64,000 bases of DNA from a virus. The stretch spans positions 32,001 to 96,000 of IMG/VR virus record IMGVR_UViG_3300030090_007211; one strand, given 5' to 3'. Shown here in pieces: positions 56,202 to 64,000 of this stretch (within the stretch, counting starts at the first letter, position 1; the number at the start of each line of letters is the position of its first letter). The notes beneath the pieces are model-generated. The model did no database searches. It was not told where the DNA came from and saw only the letters and a list, made by a program, of their open reading frames with translations. Position numbers and translations under genes: made by a program.

Positions 56202-56440
56202 CTTTGTTGTTTTAATCTTTCTTCTATTACCCAGTTATGTTTTTTAAATATTATTACTGGTTTTTCTTCATTAGATATATTATCCCATGATTTATATATC
56301 ATATAACCCATATGTGTCTTTGCAAGAAATAGGGTATCTCTGTTTGGACTTATGTGTGAGAATATCACACTACTATCTACACTTTGTGCTCCGATGGTTT
56401 GGGTAATTAATAACCCCATCATTAAAACTATTTTTTTCAT
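56198..56440 (-). CDS. Small secreted protein
   Basis: Signal peptide ending IGAQ. Confidence 0.6.
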   Translation of the reverse strand: MKKIVLMMGLLITQTIGAQSVDSSVIFSHISPNRDTLFLAKTHMGYMIYKSWDNISNEEKPVIIFKKHNWVIEERLKQQR

Positions 56441-56457
56441 CTATTTTGTCTATATTG

Positions 56458-56961
56458 TTAATTTTTATTTGTTAAAATTTTTCTAATACTCCATTTTGCT
56501 CTATGGTAAGTAGATTTGGAGGTACCTTCAGTAATATTCAATTCATCCGCCACTTCTTTATGTTTATATCCGTTAAGTACCATATCAAAAACCTTTAATT
56601 TAACTGGGGATAACTGATTTTTAACTTTTAATACATCTTCAATAGTAAATCCATATTCCTCATGAATATTATCATCTTTACATAAAGCACGATCACCTAT
56701 AATTTCTAAAGGTATTTCCGTATTAACTGGTAAAGTTTTTTTACGTTTAGCGTCAAGAATTGTGTTAATTATTATTCTCCTCACCCATCCCTCAAATGAA
56801 CCTTTTTCCTCGTAGTTAGATAAATTATGATATACTTTTATAAACCCTTGTTGACACCATTCCTGTGCTTGATCCAAATCTTGTGTGTATTTCATCCCTA
56901 CTTGGTATAACATTTTTTCCCATAGTGCGGAATACACTTCTTCCATTCGTATTTCACCCAT
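56458..56961 (-). CDS. ECF-type RNA polymerase sigma factor
   Basis: Region 2 (Q.GFIKV...L..Y...GSFEGW.RRI..NT..D); region 4 (LSP....VF.M...GYKHKEVA..L.I.EGTSKS..HRA). Confidence 0.9.
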   Translation of the reverse strand: MGEIRMEEVYSALWEKMLYQVGMKYTQDLDQAQEWCQQGFIKVYHNLSNYEEKGSFEGWVRRIIINTILDAKRKKTLPVNTEIPLEIIGDRALCKDDNIHEEYGFTIEDVLKVKNQLSPVKLKVFDMVLNGYKHKEVADELNITEGTSKSTYHRAKWSIRKILTNKN

Positions 56962-57012
56962 ATTATTAAATTTAATATAAAAATAATAATAATATATGAG
57001 AAAAACAAATCT

Positions 57013-57738
57013 TTATACCATATTTTCTTTAATAGATAATCTTTCCCTACTAGGTTGGCAATCTCCAATCTCACTCCCAATATATCTTCTATTGGTTTGT
57101 TGACATGCTAATGCAGTAGTTCCGCTACCCATAAATGGATCGTAAACTATATCGTTCTCATCTGTGCACGATAGAATACAATTTAAAGGTAATTCTATAG
57201 GGAAAGGTGCAGGAAATTTATTATCCTTATCAGGATTAAATGTCCATACCACCTTATTAAAAATACTATTCTTCCTATTAAATTTAACTCTACTATCTTT
57301 AGTTTTTTGTAACCAAAAAATATATTCTATTGTTGGGAAGAAATAAGATTTATCTAATTTAGGGGTATTTTTTCTATCCCATATTATAGTTTGTTTTAAA
57401 GGAAAATCAAATATATAAGTAGGAAATATTTCTTGATGTAATTTTTGTATTGGTTGGTGGTTATAGAAAAATGATCCTGTAGGTTTTAAAACCCTTAAAC
57501 ACTCTGTTATAACCTTACGTTGCCATTCATCATATTCGTGAGGTAACAAACAATCATTATAACCATCATATTCTATTCTTCTAGATTTGGTACCGAAACC
57601 ATTTTTCATATTTCTATTACTACTCCAGTACCCTTTATTATACGGTGGTGAGGTAACTATCAAGTCAATAGAACTATCTTCCATTCTTGATAGGGTTACT
57701 AAACAATCCTCATTATAAATTGTATCTTTTTCAATCAT
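57013..57738 (-). CDS. DNA methyltransferase, beta class
   Basis: IVTSPPY, PAPFP, VYDPFMGSGTT. Confidence 0.92.
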   Translation of the reverse strand: MIEKDTIYNEDCLVTLSRMEDSSIDLIVTSPPYNKGYWSSNRNMKNGFGTKSRRIEYDGYNDCLLPHEYDEWQRKVITECLRVLKPTGSFFYNHQPIQKLHQEIFPTYIFDFPLKQTIIWDRKNTPKLDKSYFFPTIEYIFWLQKTKDSRVKFNRKNSIFNKVVWTFNPDKDNKFPAPFPIELPLNCILSCTDENDIVYDPFMGSGTTALACQQTNRRYIGSEIGDCQPSRERLSIKENMV

Positions 57739-57997
57739 CTCTTAATAAATCAAATTCTTCACATTTAACTTTTTCTCTAACCCAGTCTTCTTGTAACGCA
57801 TCCGCCAATGTCATAGAATATTTTTCACCTTCTTCTTTCTTCATTTCCAACTCCCACATATTCTCACTTAAATATTCAAAGGCTTCTTCGTCACTCATTC
57901 CTTTTAATTCTTCGTAATCATCAGTATCTATCTCAATAGTATGACTATTCCGATAAGTGTACCAACTTTCTGCCATATATACTTTTAATTTACTCAT
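57731..57997 (-). CDS. Acidic hypothetical protein
   Basis: 88 aa ORF. Confidence 0.6.
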   Translation of the reverse strand: MSKLKVYMAESWYTYRNSHTIEIDTDDYEELKGMSDEEAFEYLSENMWELEMKKEEGEKYSMTLADALQEDWVREKVKCEEFDLLRDD

Positions 57998-58429
57998 CTT
58001 TGTTTTGGTTTATATACAATGATCCACTATTGGACCATCAGTGTTAGTATTTAATAATCCTTTAATCAAATGAACGTCTCCTTTGATGGTATGGGTATTA
58101 TTATCTTCATAAGTGATATAAATTATACCCTTTTCTATTTTAATTTCTTTTATATTGTCTAAGGATAATTTATTCATCTAACTCTTTTAAAATTTCTTTT
58201 AATTCAAAACACCATATTTCTACCATATCTGGTTCGGTCGAAATAGCACAGCATGCACTATTATTTTCTTCTATCTCTTCTACTATTTCAAGTGCTCTTT
58301 TAATATTGGATTTCATCTTCTAAAATATTACCTATCTCCACTATATCACTTACTACACTATTATAAAATTGTATTAACATCATAATAATAAACAAAAAAA
58401 TTATAATACTCAATAATATTTTAATTTTA

Positions 58430-59146
58430 TTATCCTTCATACTTAAAATAATCTACAATGAATTCAGAATAGGTAGGATTGTTAATATCCACCCCATCAT
58501 CTACTGCATTGTTAATGATAACATTCATATGTTTATCATTGAGCTCGTCTAGTATTTTTTTATCTTTTATTACTCTAACTTTCTTTTCGTTATAATAGAT
58601 ACTTACTTTATTAGGTGTCCATTCACAAGCATACTTTAAAAAATGTTTAGAGGGATTCTTAAACCCCATCCAGTGAGATTTTGCACCTATACTATAGTTA
58701 TTGGGGGTAATACCTAAATGAACATTAGTATTAACATGCCAAAATCCTAATGGATTAGTAATGTCAAACCTAAAATAACCTTTTCTATTTCTCGTATATC
58801 CCTCAAATACATCAATTTCTGGTGGCCAACTATCAAATGACCACATCCAAAATGCTGGCCATAAATGTTTACCCGCAGGTAATTTAGCTTTTATCTCAAA
58901 ATAACCATGTTTAAATTTAGTAGTATTCGAAACCAAACCTACCCCTATCTCACTCTTTACACCTAAATGTGGAAAATATTGTGAATTTTTATGTGTCTTT
59001 AAAACTAATTGTTCTTTTCCATCCGCACAATATATCATTTCTACCGCACTAGGATCATACCAACAAAACGATTTATTGGGATGTATCTGACCCCATCTTT
59101 CTTGAGTTATCCATTCATACCCCGACCATTGAAACCTGTCTTTCAT
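58430..59146 (-). CDS. Glycoside hydrolase family 16
   Basis: GYFE.KAKLP.G..LWPAFWM...WPPEIDVFE (ExDxxE) ... VDY. Confidence 0.9.
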   Translation of the reverse strand: MKDRFQWSGYEWITQERWGQIHPNKSFCWYDPSAVEMIYCADGKEQLVLKTHKNSQYFPHLGVKSEIGVGLVSNTTKFKHGYFEIKAKLPAGKHLWPAFWMWSFDSWPPEIDVFEGYTRNRKGYFRFDITNPLGFWHVNTNVHLGITPNNYSIGAKSHWMGFKNPSKHFLKYACEWTPNKVSIYYNEKKVRVIKDKKILDELNDKHMNVIINNAVDDGVDINNPTYSEFIVDYFKYEG

Positions 59147-59295
59147 TATCTATGATTTCTTTTTCTTTTAAATTTATTTATAATTTCATCCGCCTCCTCA
59201 ATTTGTGATTGTAATTCATCATGGAGAAATATCACCCCCATAATTGCAATAATAACACCACATGACCCAAAAATAATAATAAATTCCATATATTT

Positions 59296-59688
59296 TTATT
59301 CAGGTAAATGTTCCCACTTACCGTTATTTAATAATTTAAAACTCCCAACATATTTTTGTTTCCATTCATTAGGGGAGATAATACTTAAAAAATCACCACC
59401 ATCTTTTCTTTCATACAAAAAATAAATTTCACCCACTATTGGGTCAAAAGCACATTGTGCCTCATATACCCTATTATTCCATTTATACTCTTCCACTAGT
59501 TTGTCATATTCATTTTTAATTTCTGTTAGTTTACTTTTAAAATATTGGGTTGCTTTAATACAATTTTCATCATCAATTACTAAAGGTTTAAAATTAGGGG
59601 AACCAATCGTAGTAGGATATTCTTTTTTAGAAGCATCATACTGATGTGTTTCTTCATTATAAACTATGTAATCCGGTTTCTTCTCCAT
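59296..59688 (-). CDS. DUF2452-like protein
   Basis: YPT.IGSP.F...VY.A...F.PIVGE.Y.LY....G..FLS.ISP.EW. Confidence 0.7.
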   Translation of the reverse strand: MEKKPDYIVYNEETHQYDASKKEYPTTIGSPNFKPLVIDDENCIKATQYFKSKLTEIKNEYDKLVEEYKWNNRVYEAQCAFDPIVGEIYFLYERKDGGDFLSIISPNEWKQKYVGSFKLLNNGKWEHLPE

Positions 59689-59700
59689 GAAGTATCTTCT

Positions 59701-59829
59701 TCATATATCAATTGTTATTTTTATAAGTGCAATTATAATTAAAAAGGGTAATATACATAGGGTACCAATAAAAGTACCTGTTAAATACGCCAAAGTCCAA
59801 ATAAGAGACCCAATTTTTTTAATAGTCAT
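59701..59829 (-). CDS. Small hydrophobic protein (42 aa, not in track)
   Basis: MTIKKIGSLIWTLAYLTGTFIGTLCILPFL...; late motif at 59831. Confidence 0.45.
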   Translation of the reverse strand: MTIKKIGSLIWTLAYLTGTFIGTLCILPFLIIIALIKITIDI

Positions 59830-59859
59830 ATATAAATATAATATAATAAAATTAAAGTG

Positions 59860-60477
59860 TCAATATTGTTTTTTAAACAACGTAATGGGCATTTCAGACG
59901 CTTGTTTATTATCCCACAATTCTTTTCTTTCAGGATGCCATTGTACCAACACTACTTTCTCACCTATTGCCGCCTCTATTGTGTCATCATACGCCCATAA
60001 AATTTTCTCTAATCCCTTACCTAATTCTTTACAATGTTGGTGATGTCTGGAATTGATCATAAATTCATTACCTTCTTTATCATATACCTCATGATATAAA
60101 CTTCGTAAATTATGGGTTTTAGTTTCTCCTTTCACTAACAGACTAGGACAATGATCCCCTTCCACTTTTAAATCTTCTACTACACCCCCTAAGTATATAT
60201 TTACTAATTGCATTCCTCTACATATCCCTAAAATGGGTAACCTCCGCATAAACGCTTGTTCAGTTAATTGTAATTCAAAAGTATCCCTTTTTGGTTTTGT
60301 TCCTACGTCTGCACCCCCACAAAGTAATAATCCACCTTCAATTATATCATCTAATGTAGTAAGAATTTTATAAGAAAAATTATGTTTAACTACCCAATCA
60401 ATATAACTTTGGGTTTTTTCTTTGGAGCTAGCAGGTGCAATACTAATGACATAATTAAATTCATCCAAGTCCCTCAT
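59860..60477 (-). CDS. Peptidase C26 / class I glutamine amidotransferase (PuuD-like)
   Basis: GGADV, RD.FE, PILGICRGMQ, NSRHHQ, VQWHPE. Confidence 0.9.
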   Translation of the reverse strand: MRDLDEFNYVISIAPASSKEKTQSYIDWVVKHNFSYKILTTLDDIIEGGLLLCGGADVGTKPKRDTFELQLTEQAFMRRLPILGICRGMQLVNIYLGGVVEDLKVEGDHCPSLLVKGETKTHNLRSLYHEVYDKEGNEFMINSRHHQHCKELGKGLEKILWAYDDTIEAAIGEKVVLVQWHPERKELWDNKQASEMPITLFKKQY

Positions 60478-60985
60478 AATTTTGTTCCACAGTTATCCAC
60501 GTACCTAAGGCTTTTAATAAAGGAGATTCTGCCCGTAGAATATCTCTAATTACCTCCTTAATTTCACTTTCTATTTCCCACCCAATGTCTGGATTGTCTA
60601 TGGCGTCCCATAATTTCTCTTCTTCTCCTGTAGTAAATAAAGTAACAGTTGCCCCATCTAAATTAACGTAGGCATCTATTTCCCATAATATTTCTTTTAC
60701 ATAAACATCCTGTTCCAGTACATCTGTTAGGGTATAAGTTACATCGGTAATACTAAATTTAAAATCATAACCACCACTACTTGGATAGTCAGCCGTATTA
60801 AACTCTATTCCTTTAAATCTCTCTAGAATTTCTCCCTCTACCTCATATAAATAATCTACTTCTTCGTCAGTTAGGGCGTAGGCAGCAACTAAATTATGTT
60901 TATTAGGTATATATTTGAGACTTTTGGCTTCTCTTCCCAACGCATTTATAACTTTATTAATATATTCCCTACGTTTTTCTTCCAT
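60461..60985 (-). CDS. Hypothetical protein with YG-like N-terminal unit
   Basis: YINKVINAL...AYALTDEE; late motif at 60988. Confidence 0.6.
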   Translation of the reverse strand: MEEKRREYINKVINALGREAKSLKYIPNKHNLVAAYALTDEEVDYLYEVEGEILERFKGIEFNTADYPSSGGYDFKFSITDVTYTLTDVLEQDVYVKEILWEIDAYVNLDGATVTLFTTGEEEKLWDAIDNPDIGWEIESEIKEVIRDILRAESPLLKALGTWITVEQNYEGLG

Positions 60986-61013
60986 ATTAATAAATATAAA
61001 GAAATATACTTAC

Positions 61014-61229
61014 TTACCAACCCCTCTTTTTAATATCACGATATAACCATATCAAAGTTCCAATAAATCCACCATAAGCAGCAATCCCTACAGCAATTTT
61101 TAAATACCAAGTAGTCAAATACCCTTCTTTTACCCAACCAGGATATAATATACAAAACATTAAATTTAAGAGAAGTGCAAAGATATCAACTCCACGTAAA
61201 AAAGGTGATTTCTTATTTTTTATACTCAT
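61014..61229 (-). CDS. Small two-TM membrane protein
   Basis: 71 aa hydrophobic. Confidence 0.6.
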   Translation of the reverse strand: MSIKNKKSPFLRGVDIFALLLNLMFCILYPGWVKEGYLTTWYLKIAVGIAAYGGFIGTLIWLYRDIKKRGW

Positions 61230-61289
61230 ATTTATATTTTTTATATAATATTATTTTATATATATAAATATGAACAAAATATTATTTTG

Positions 61290-61670
61290 TTATAACCACT
61301 TATGTTTTTTAAAATAAAACCACATTCCTGCTGCGGTACCTATAGTTAAAAGAGTAAATATCCAAAATCCATGATGATTACTAAGAAAAGGTACATCATC
61401 AAAGTTCATCCCAAAAATTCCAGTATAAAAAGAAAGGGGTAAAAAGATAGTTGACCAAATAGTTAAAAGGTTTAATCTTTTATTCATTAAATCATTATTA
61501 GATTTCTCAATCATTGCCTCCAATATTAAATGTAATTCTAATAAATCTTTATGGGCTTGTCTGTTATCTATTAATTCTTTTTTTAATTTATAAAATTCTT
61601 TAACATCTATTTCTTTCCCTGCAAATATATCCTCCTCAAACTCAGTTAATTTTTTCTCTAATTTATTCAT
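61290..61670 (-). CDS. Truncated CorA-family protein (stalk plus two TM helices)
   Basis: N..M..LTI.STIFLPLSF.TGIFGMNF..VP...KW; 126 aa. Confidence 0.8.
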   Translation of the reverse strand: MNKLEKKLTEFEEDIFAGKEIDVKEFYKLKKELIDNRQAHKDLLELHLILEAMIEKSNNDLMNKRLNLLTIWSTIFLPLSFYTGIFGMNFDDVPFLSNHHGFWIFTLLTIGTAAGMWFYFKKHKWL

Positions 61671-62649
61671 GAAACATTTCTTTTTTCCACATTCTTATTA
61701 AACAATCTTTATCTAATTGATTATATTTTAAATATTTATCTTTCCATTCTTGTGACATCTCTCCATTATAATTAGGCCAACTTCCATCCAAATACGCTTG
61801 CCATCGGAAACCTTCTCTTGGTTCATATCCATCAATTTCTTCTGCAGTTACCGTTTTATCGCCTAATAAAATTCTTAATAAGTAATTTTCTTTCTCACAA
61901 TAATTTAATAATATTTTTCTTAATATTTTTTTAGTAATAGGGTTATAACCTGCAGGTAAAGTATAATATTGCCAACAGGTTAAATGAAAGGCATAACCAG
62001 AATAATATGCCATCGCTAATTGTTTTTGAAACCAATTATGTTTTTGTTTAATATTATAATGAACTCGGGAAGTATAATCATTATTTTTAATAGAATTTCT
62101 TTTATATCCGTTTATTTTTGCAATAATTTTATTTAAGGTAAGTGCAATACTTTTTTCTGCAATTTGGGCTAAACAAAAAATATTGGTCCAAAACTTTTTA
62201 TTTGTTTTAAATTGGAAAGTTTTAATCCACGCAAACATATCAGGAGTCATATTAAATTTTCTTGATAATTTATAGGGGAGATTTTTACTTAATTCATCCA
62301 ACTCATGTAGATTGTTATTAACATGTAATGCCGCTAATGACATTAATACTTGATCTCGCGAAACATCATCTTCACCATATCTACCAGTGTGTCTCATTGC
62401 TTGATAAAAAGGTTTTTTAAAATGGTGACCAGCAGGTATATATCTATAACATTCTAATATACCTTCTTTCATCAGAGGTTCTTTCCACGTTATATAAGCT
62501 AATGCTGTTCTCCATAAGGCGTCTCCCTCACCTACATTAAGTGCACCTTCTTTTTTTGCCCACTCCCATGCATGTTCGCACATCATTTTACTTTTAGTAT
62601 CAAAATATTTTTTTGACGTTATCCGTTTACCAGATTTAAAACTATTCAT
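61663..62649 (-). CDS. Hypothetical helical protein
   Basis: 328 aa ORF. Confidence 0.65.
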   Translation of the reverse strand: MNSFKSGKRITSKKYFDTKSKMMCEHAWEWAKKEGALNVGEGDALWRTALAYITWKEPLMKEGILECYRYIPAGHHFKKPFYQAMRHTGRYGEDDVSRDQVLMSLAALHVNNNLHELDELSKNLPYKLSRKFNMTPDMFAWIKTFQFKTNKKFWTNIFCLAQIAEKSIALTLNKIIAKINGYKRNSIKNNDYTSRVHYNIKQKHNWFQKQLAMAYYSGYAFHLTCWQYYTLPAGYNPITKKILRKILLNYCEKENYLLRILLGDKTVTAEEIDGYEPREGFRWQAYLDGSWPNYNGEMSQEWKDKYLKYNQLDKDCLIRMWKKEMFHE

Positions 62650-62842
62650 CTTTTTTCCATAAATCTAATGTCCACAAAACTGATTCTATAAAATATAAAA
62701 CACCAACCATTATCATCCCATAATGTGTCCAACTACCTTGATGCCCATAAGTAATATCTTGATATATAGAAGGGATTGCAGACCCCATAATTGAGATACT
62801 GAAGAGTAATTTTACCCATTTATTATCTAAAAACTTTTTCAC
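62642..62842 (-). CDS. Small two-TM membrane protein
   Basis: 66 aa. Confidence 0.6.
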   Translation of the reverse strand: MKKFLDNKWVKLLFSISIMGSAIPSIYQDITYGHQGSWTHYGMIMVGVLYFIESVLWTLDLWKKDE

Positions 62843-62856
62843 TATAATAAATAAAT

Positions 62857-63105
62857 TTAATTATATGCGTAAAGTGCTTCTTCATGTACTTCTTTAACGC
62901 CCTCAACCGTTTCAAATCTTTCAGCGTTATATCCTTGCCAGGGTAAACCATATTTAGTTCTACCTAAATTTCTCACACCAACTAACATATAGGCTCTTTG
63001 ATCGAAAGTATTGACAAACGCTTCTCTCACTACGTAAATCTCTCCTTCAATTACTTCTGCACCTGCAGGTAATTGTTTATCATTTATACAAACTACTTTT
63101 TTCAT
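62857..63105 (-). CDS. Hypothetical SH3-like protein
   Basis: KVVCIND...EG.IY.V...Y.L...Y.A.RF. Confidence 0.6.
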   Translation of the reverse strand: MKKVVCINDKQLPAGAEVIEGEIYVVREAFVNTFDQRAYMLVGVRNLGRTKYGLPWQGYNAERFETVEGVKEVHEEALYAYN

Positions 63106-63603
63106 CTATTTTTTAGATTTCTTCTTTTTCTTACTAGTTCGTTTATTTAATTGACAATCAGAAATCGTTTCATAAACACAATTTGTGCTATCATATTTCA
63201 AGTTACCACCTTTTTGATCATCATCACATTGATGTTTGAATTTACCATTCTTACATTTTTTACAACACATTGGTGATCTTCCTAATTTAGCTTCGTAAGA
63301 TCCTGGTTTAGGATATCGATTAGGGTCATCAGGATCATATGGATCATATGGATCAGGGTTATCTTCTTCATATGGATCCGGATAATCATCATCGTCTTGT
63401 GATAATACTAACGCTGTTGGTGTAACATATGCCCCCGCACTGGCAGTGCTAGTTCCCCCTCTTGCGATATTGTTAGATGTGGTAGGATTAGAAGGAGGAG
63501 TAGGTGTTTGTTCTTGTAAAGACTCTTTTTTACTCTCTTCTTCTATTACTTGTTGTATAATACGATTTAATTGACTTTCAGTTAATTTTATTGTCCTTCC
63601 CAT
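63106..63603 (-). CDS. Leader-A low-complexity/Cys-rich protein
   Basis: MGRTIKLTESQLNRIIQQVIEE; DPY repeats; CCKKC; late motif at 63620. Confidence 0.72.
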   Translation of the reverse strand: MGRTIKLTESQLNRIIQQVIEEESKKESLQEQTPTPPSNPTTSNNIARGGTSTASAGAYVTPTALVLSQDDDDYPDPYEEDNPDPYDPYDPDDPNRYPKPGSYEAKLGRSPMCCKKCKNGKFKHQCDDDQKGGNLKYDSTNCVYETISDCQLNKRTSKKKKKSKK

Positions 63604-63646
63604 TATATATTATTTAATATATAAATATAGGAAAAATAATAAAAAA

Positions 63647-63874
63647 TTACTCATTAGTAGTTAAACGGCGTATTATTTCTTCGTAATATTTTTGTTTATC
63701 GTCACCAAGTAATATTAAGTCTAATAATTTATCTATTTGTTCTTCTAAAGGTAACCAACCACCAATGTAAATTACTAACCCCTCATGTAGATACCTATCA
63801 TAAGGATCAATCCCAGTTTCTAATATCCAAATATCGTAAGCTTTATGATATACTATTTTATAATCTTTTTTCAT
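63647..63874 (-). CDS. Hypothetical protein
   Basis: 75 aa ORF. Confidence 0.55.
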   Translation of the reverse strand: MKKDYKIVYHKAYDIWILETGIDPYDRYLHEGLVIYIGGWLPLEEQIDKLLDLILLGDDKQKYYEEIIRRLTTNE

Positions 63875-63875
63875 T

Positions 63876-64000
63876 TTAATAATCTAAATCTAAATCAGTG
63901 AGTGGAAACTCATCATCGTTATAAGTTTCTAGTAATTTTTCAATCTCATATTTCCAAGATCGATAAAATTCAATGTCTTCGGCTGAATCCATAACTTCCC
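63876..64000 (-). CDS. Partial CDS (3' end)
   Basis: Open frame ...EVMDSAEDIEFYRSWKYEIEKLL... to TAA at 63876. Confidence 0.45.
   Translation of the reverse strand, partial: EVMDSAEDIEFYRSWKYEIEKLLETYNDDEFPLTDLDLDY

Noticed and set aside
997-60043. Many antisense or shadow ORFs in the track (for example 997, 2630, 5017, 7850, 12759, 14370, 16860, 20028, 33297, 34170, 42185, 43560, 44630, 49435, 59687)
   Set aside because: They overlap better-supported genes on the other strand or frame and show reverse-codon composition (S/F/L-rich) with no motifs. 20028 and 42185 shadow more credible minus-strand microproteins.
693-63603. Leaders as Sec or lipoprotein signal peptides
   Set aside because: They are charged and amphipathic with no hydrophobic h-region; true signal peptides in the window (18016, 34853, 50333, 55875) look different.
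1-64000. Stop-codon reassignment as seen in some large Bacteroidota phages
   Set aside because: Conserved genes (thyA, clpC, MTases, M23) are intact under code 11, and both TAG and TGA end genes at sensible positions.
1-64000. Bacterial chromosome or eukaryotic giant virus origin
   Set aside because: A T4-like terminase, bacterial promoters, terminators and sigma factor, and the lack of housekeeping operons fit a large tailed phage.

Overview
AT-rich, gene-dense segment of a large (jumbo/mega-type) tailed phage, with most genes on the minus strand. It encodes a terminase large subunit (5' part), thymidylate synthase, KTSC protein, Hsp20, ClpC, two SPPY DNA methyltransferases, a Pol-beta-like nucleotidyltransferase, tRNA-Pro(UGG), HNH and SNase nucleases, an ECF sigma factor, GH16, several peptidoglycan-binding or -cleaving enzymes and many hypothetical proteins. 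The host is inferred to be Bacteroidota from many TTTG-N19/20-TAnnTTTG promoters and a Bacteroidota-like ClpC. The main unexplained structure is a modular address-label system. About 30 unrelated proteins start with one of four short N-terminal leader families, most ending in (L/I/V/M)-x-E, the T4 gp21-type prohead-protease site. They sit behind a shared TATTTATWA promoter-like motif that also precedes terL. Several are apparent polyproteins whose repeated domains are separated by L-x-E-S/H sites. I interpret this (inference) as a capsid-targeting and processing system that loads a swappable cargo library into the virion. The cargo includes cell-wall enzymes and a roughly 20-copy divergent 'YG[L/V]xxxE' domain family, and it is often paired back-to-back with host-promoter-driven exported proteins. 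A second hotspot at about 39-45.3 kb holds oriented G-rich repeats, a G/C-run island with flanking palindromes (candidate ori/pac) and several promoter-driven, ORF-less structured RNA candidates. Family names come from motif recognition, not database searches.
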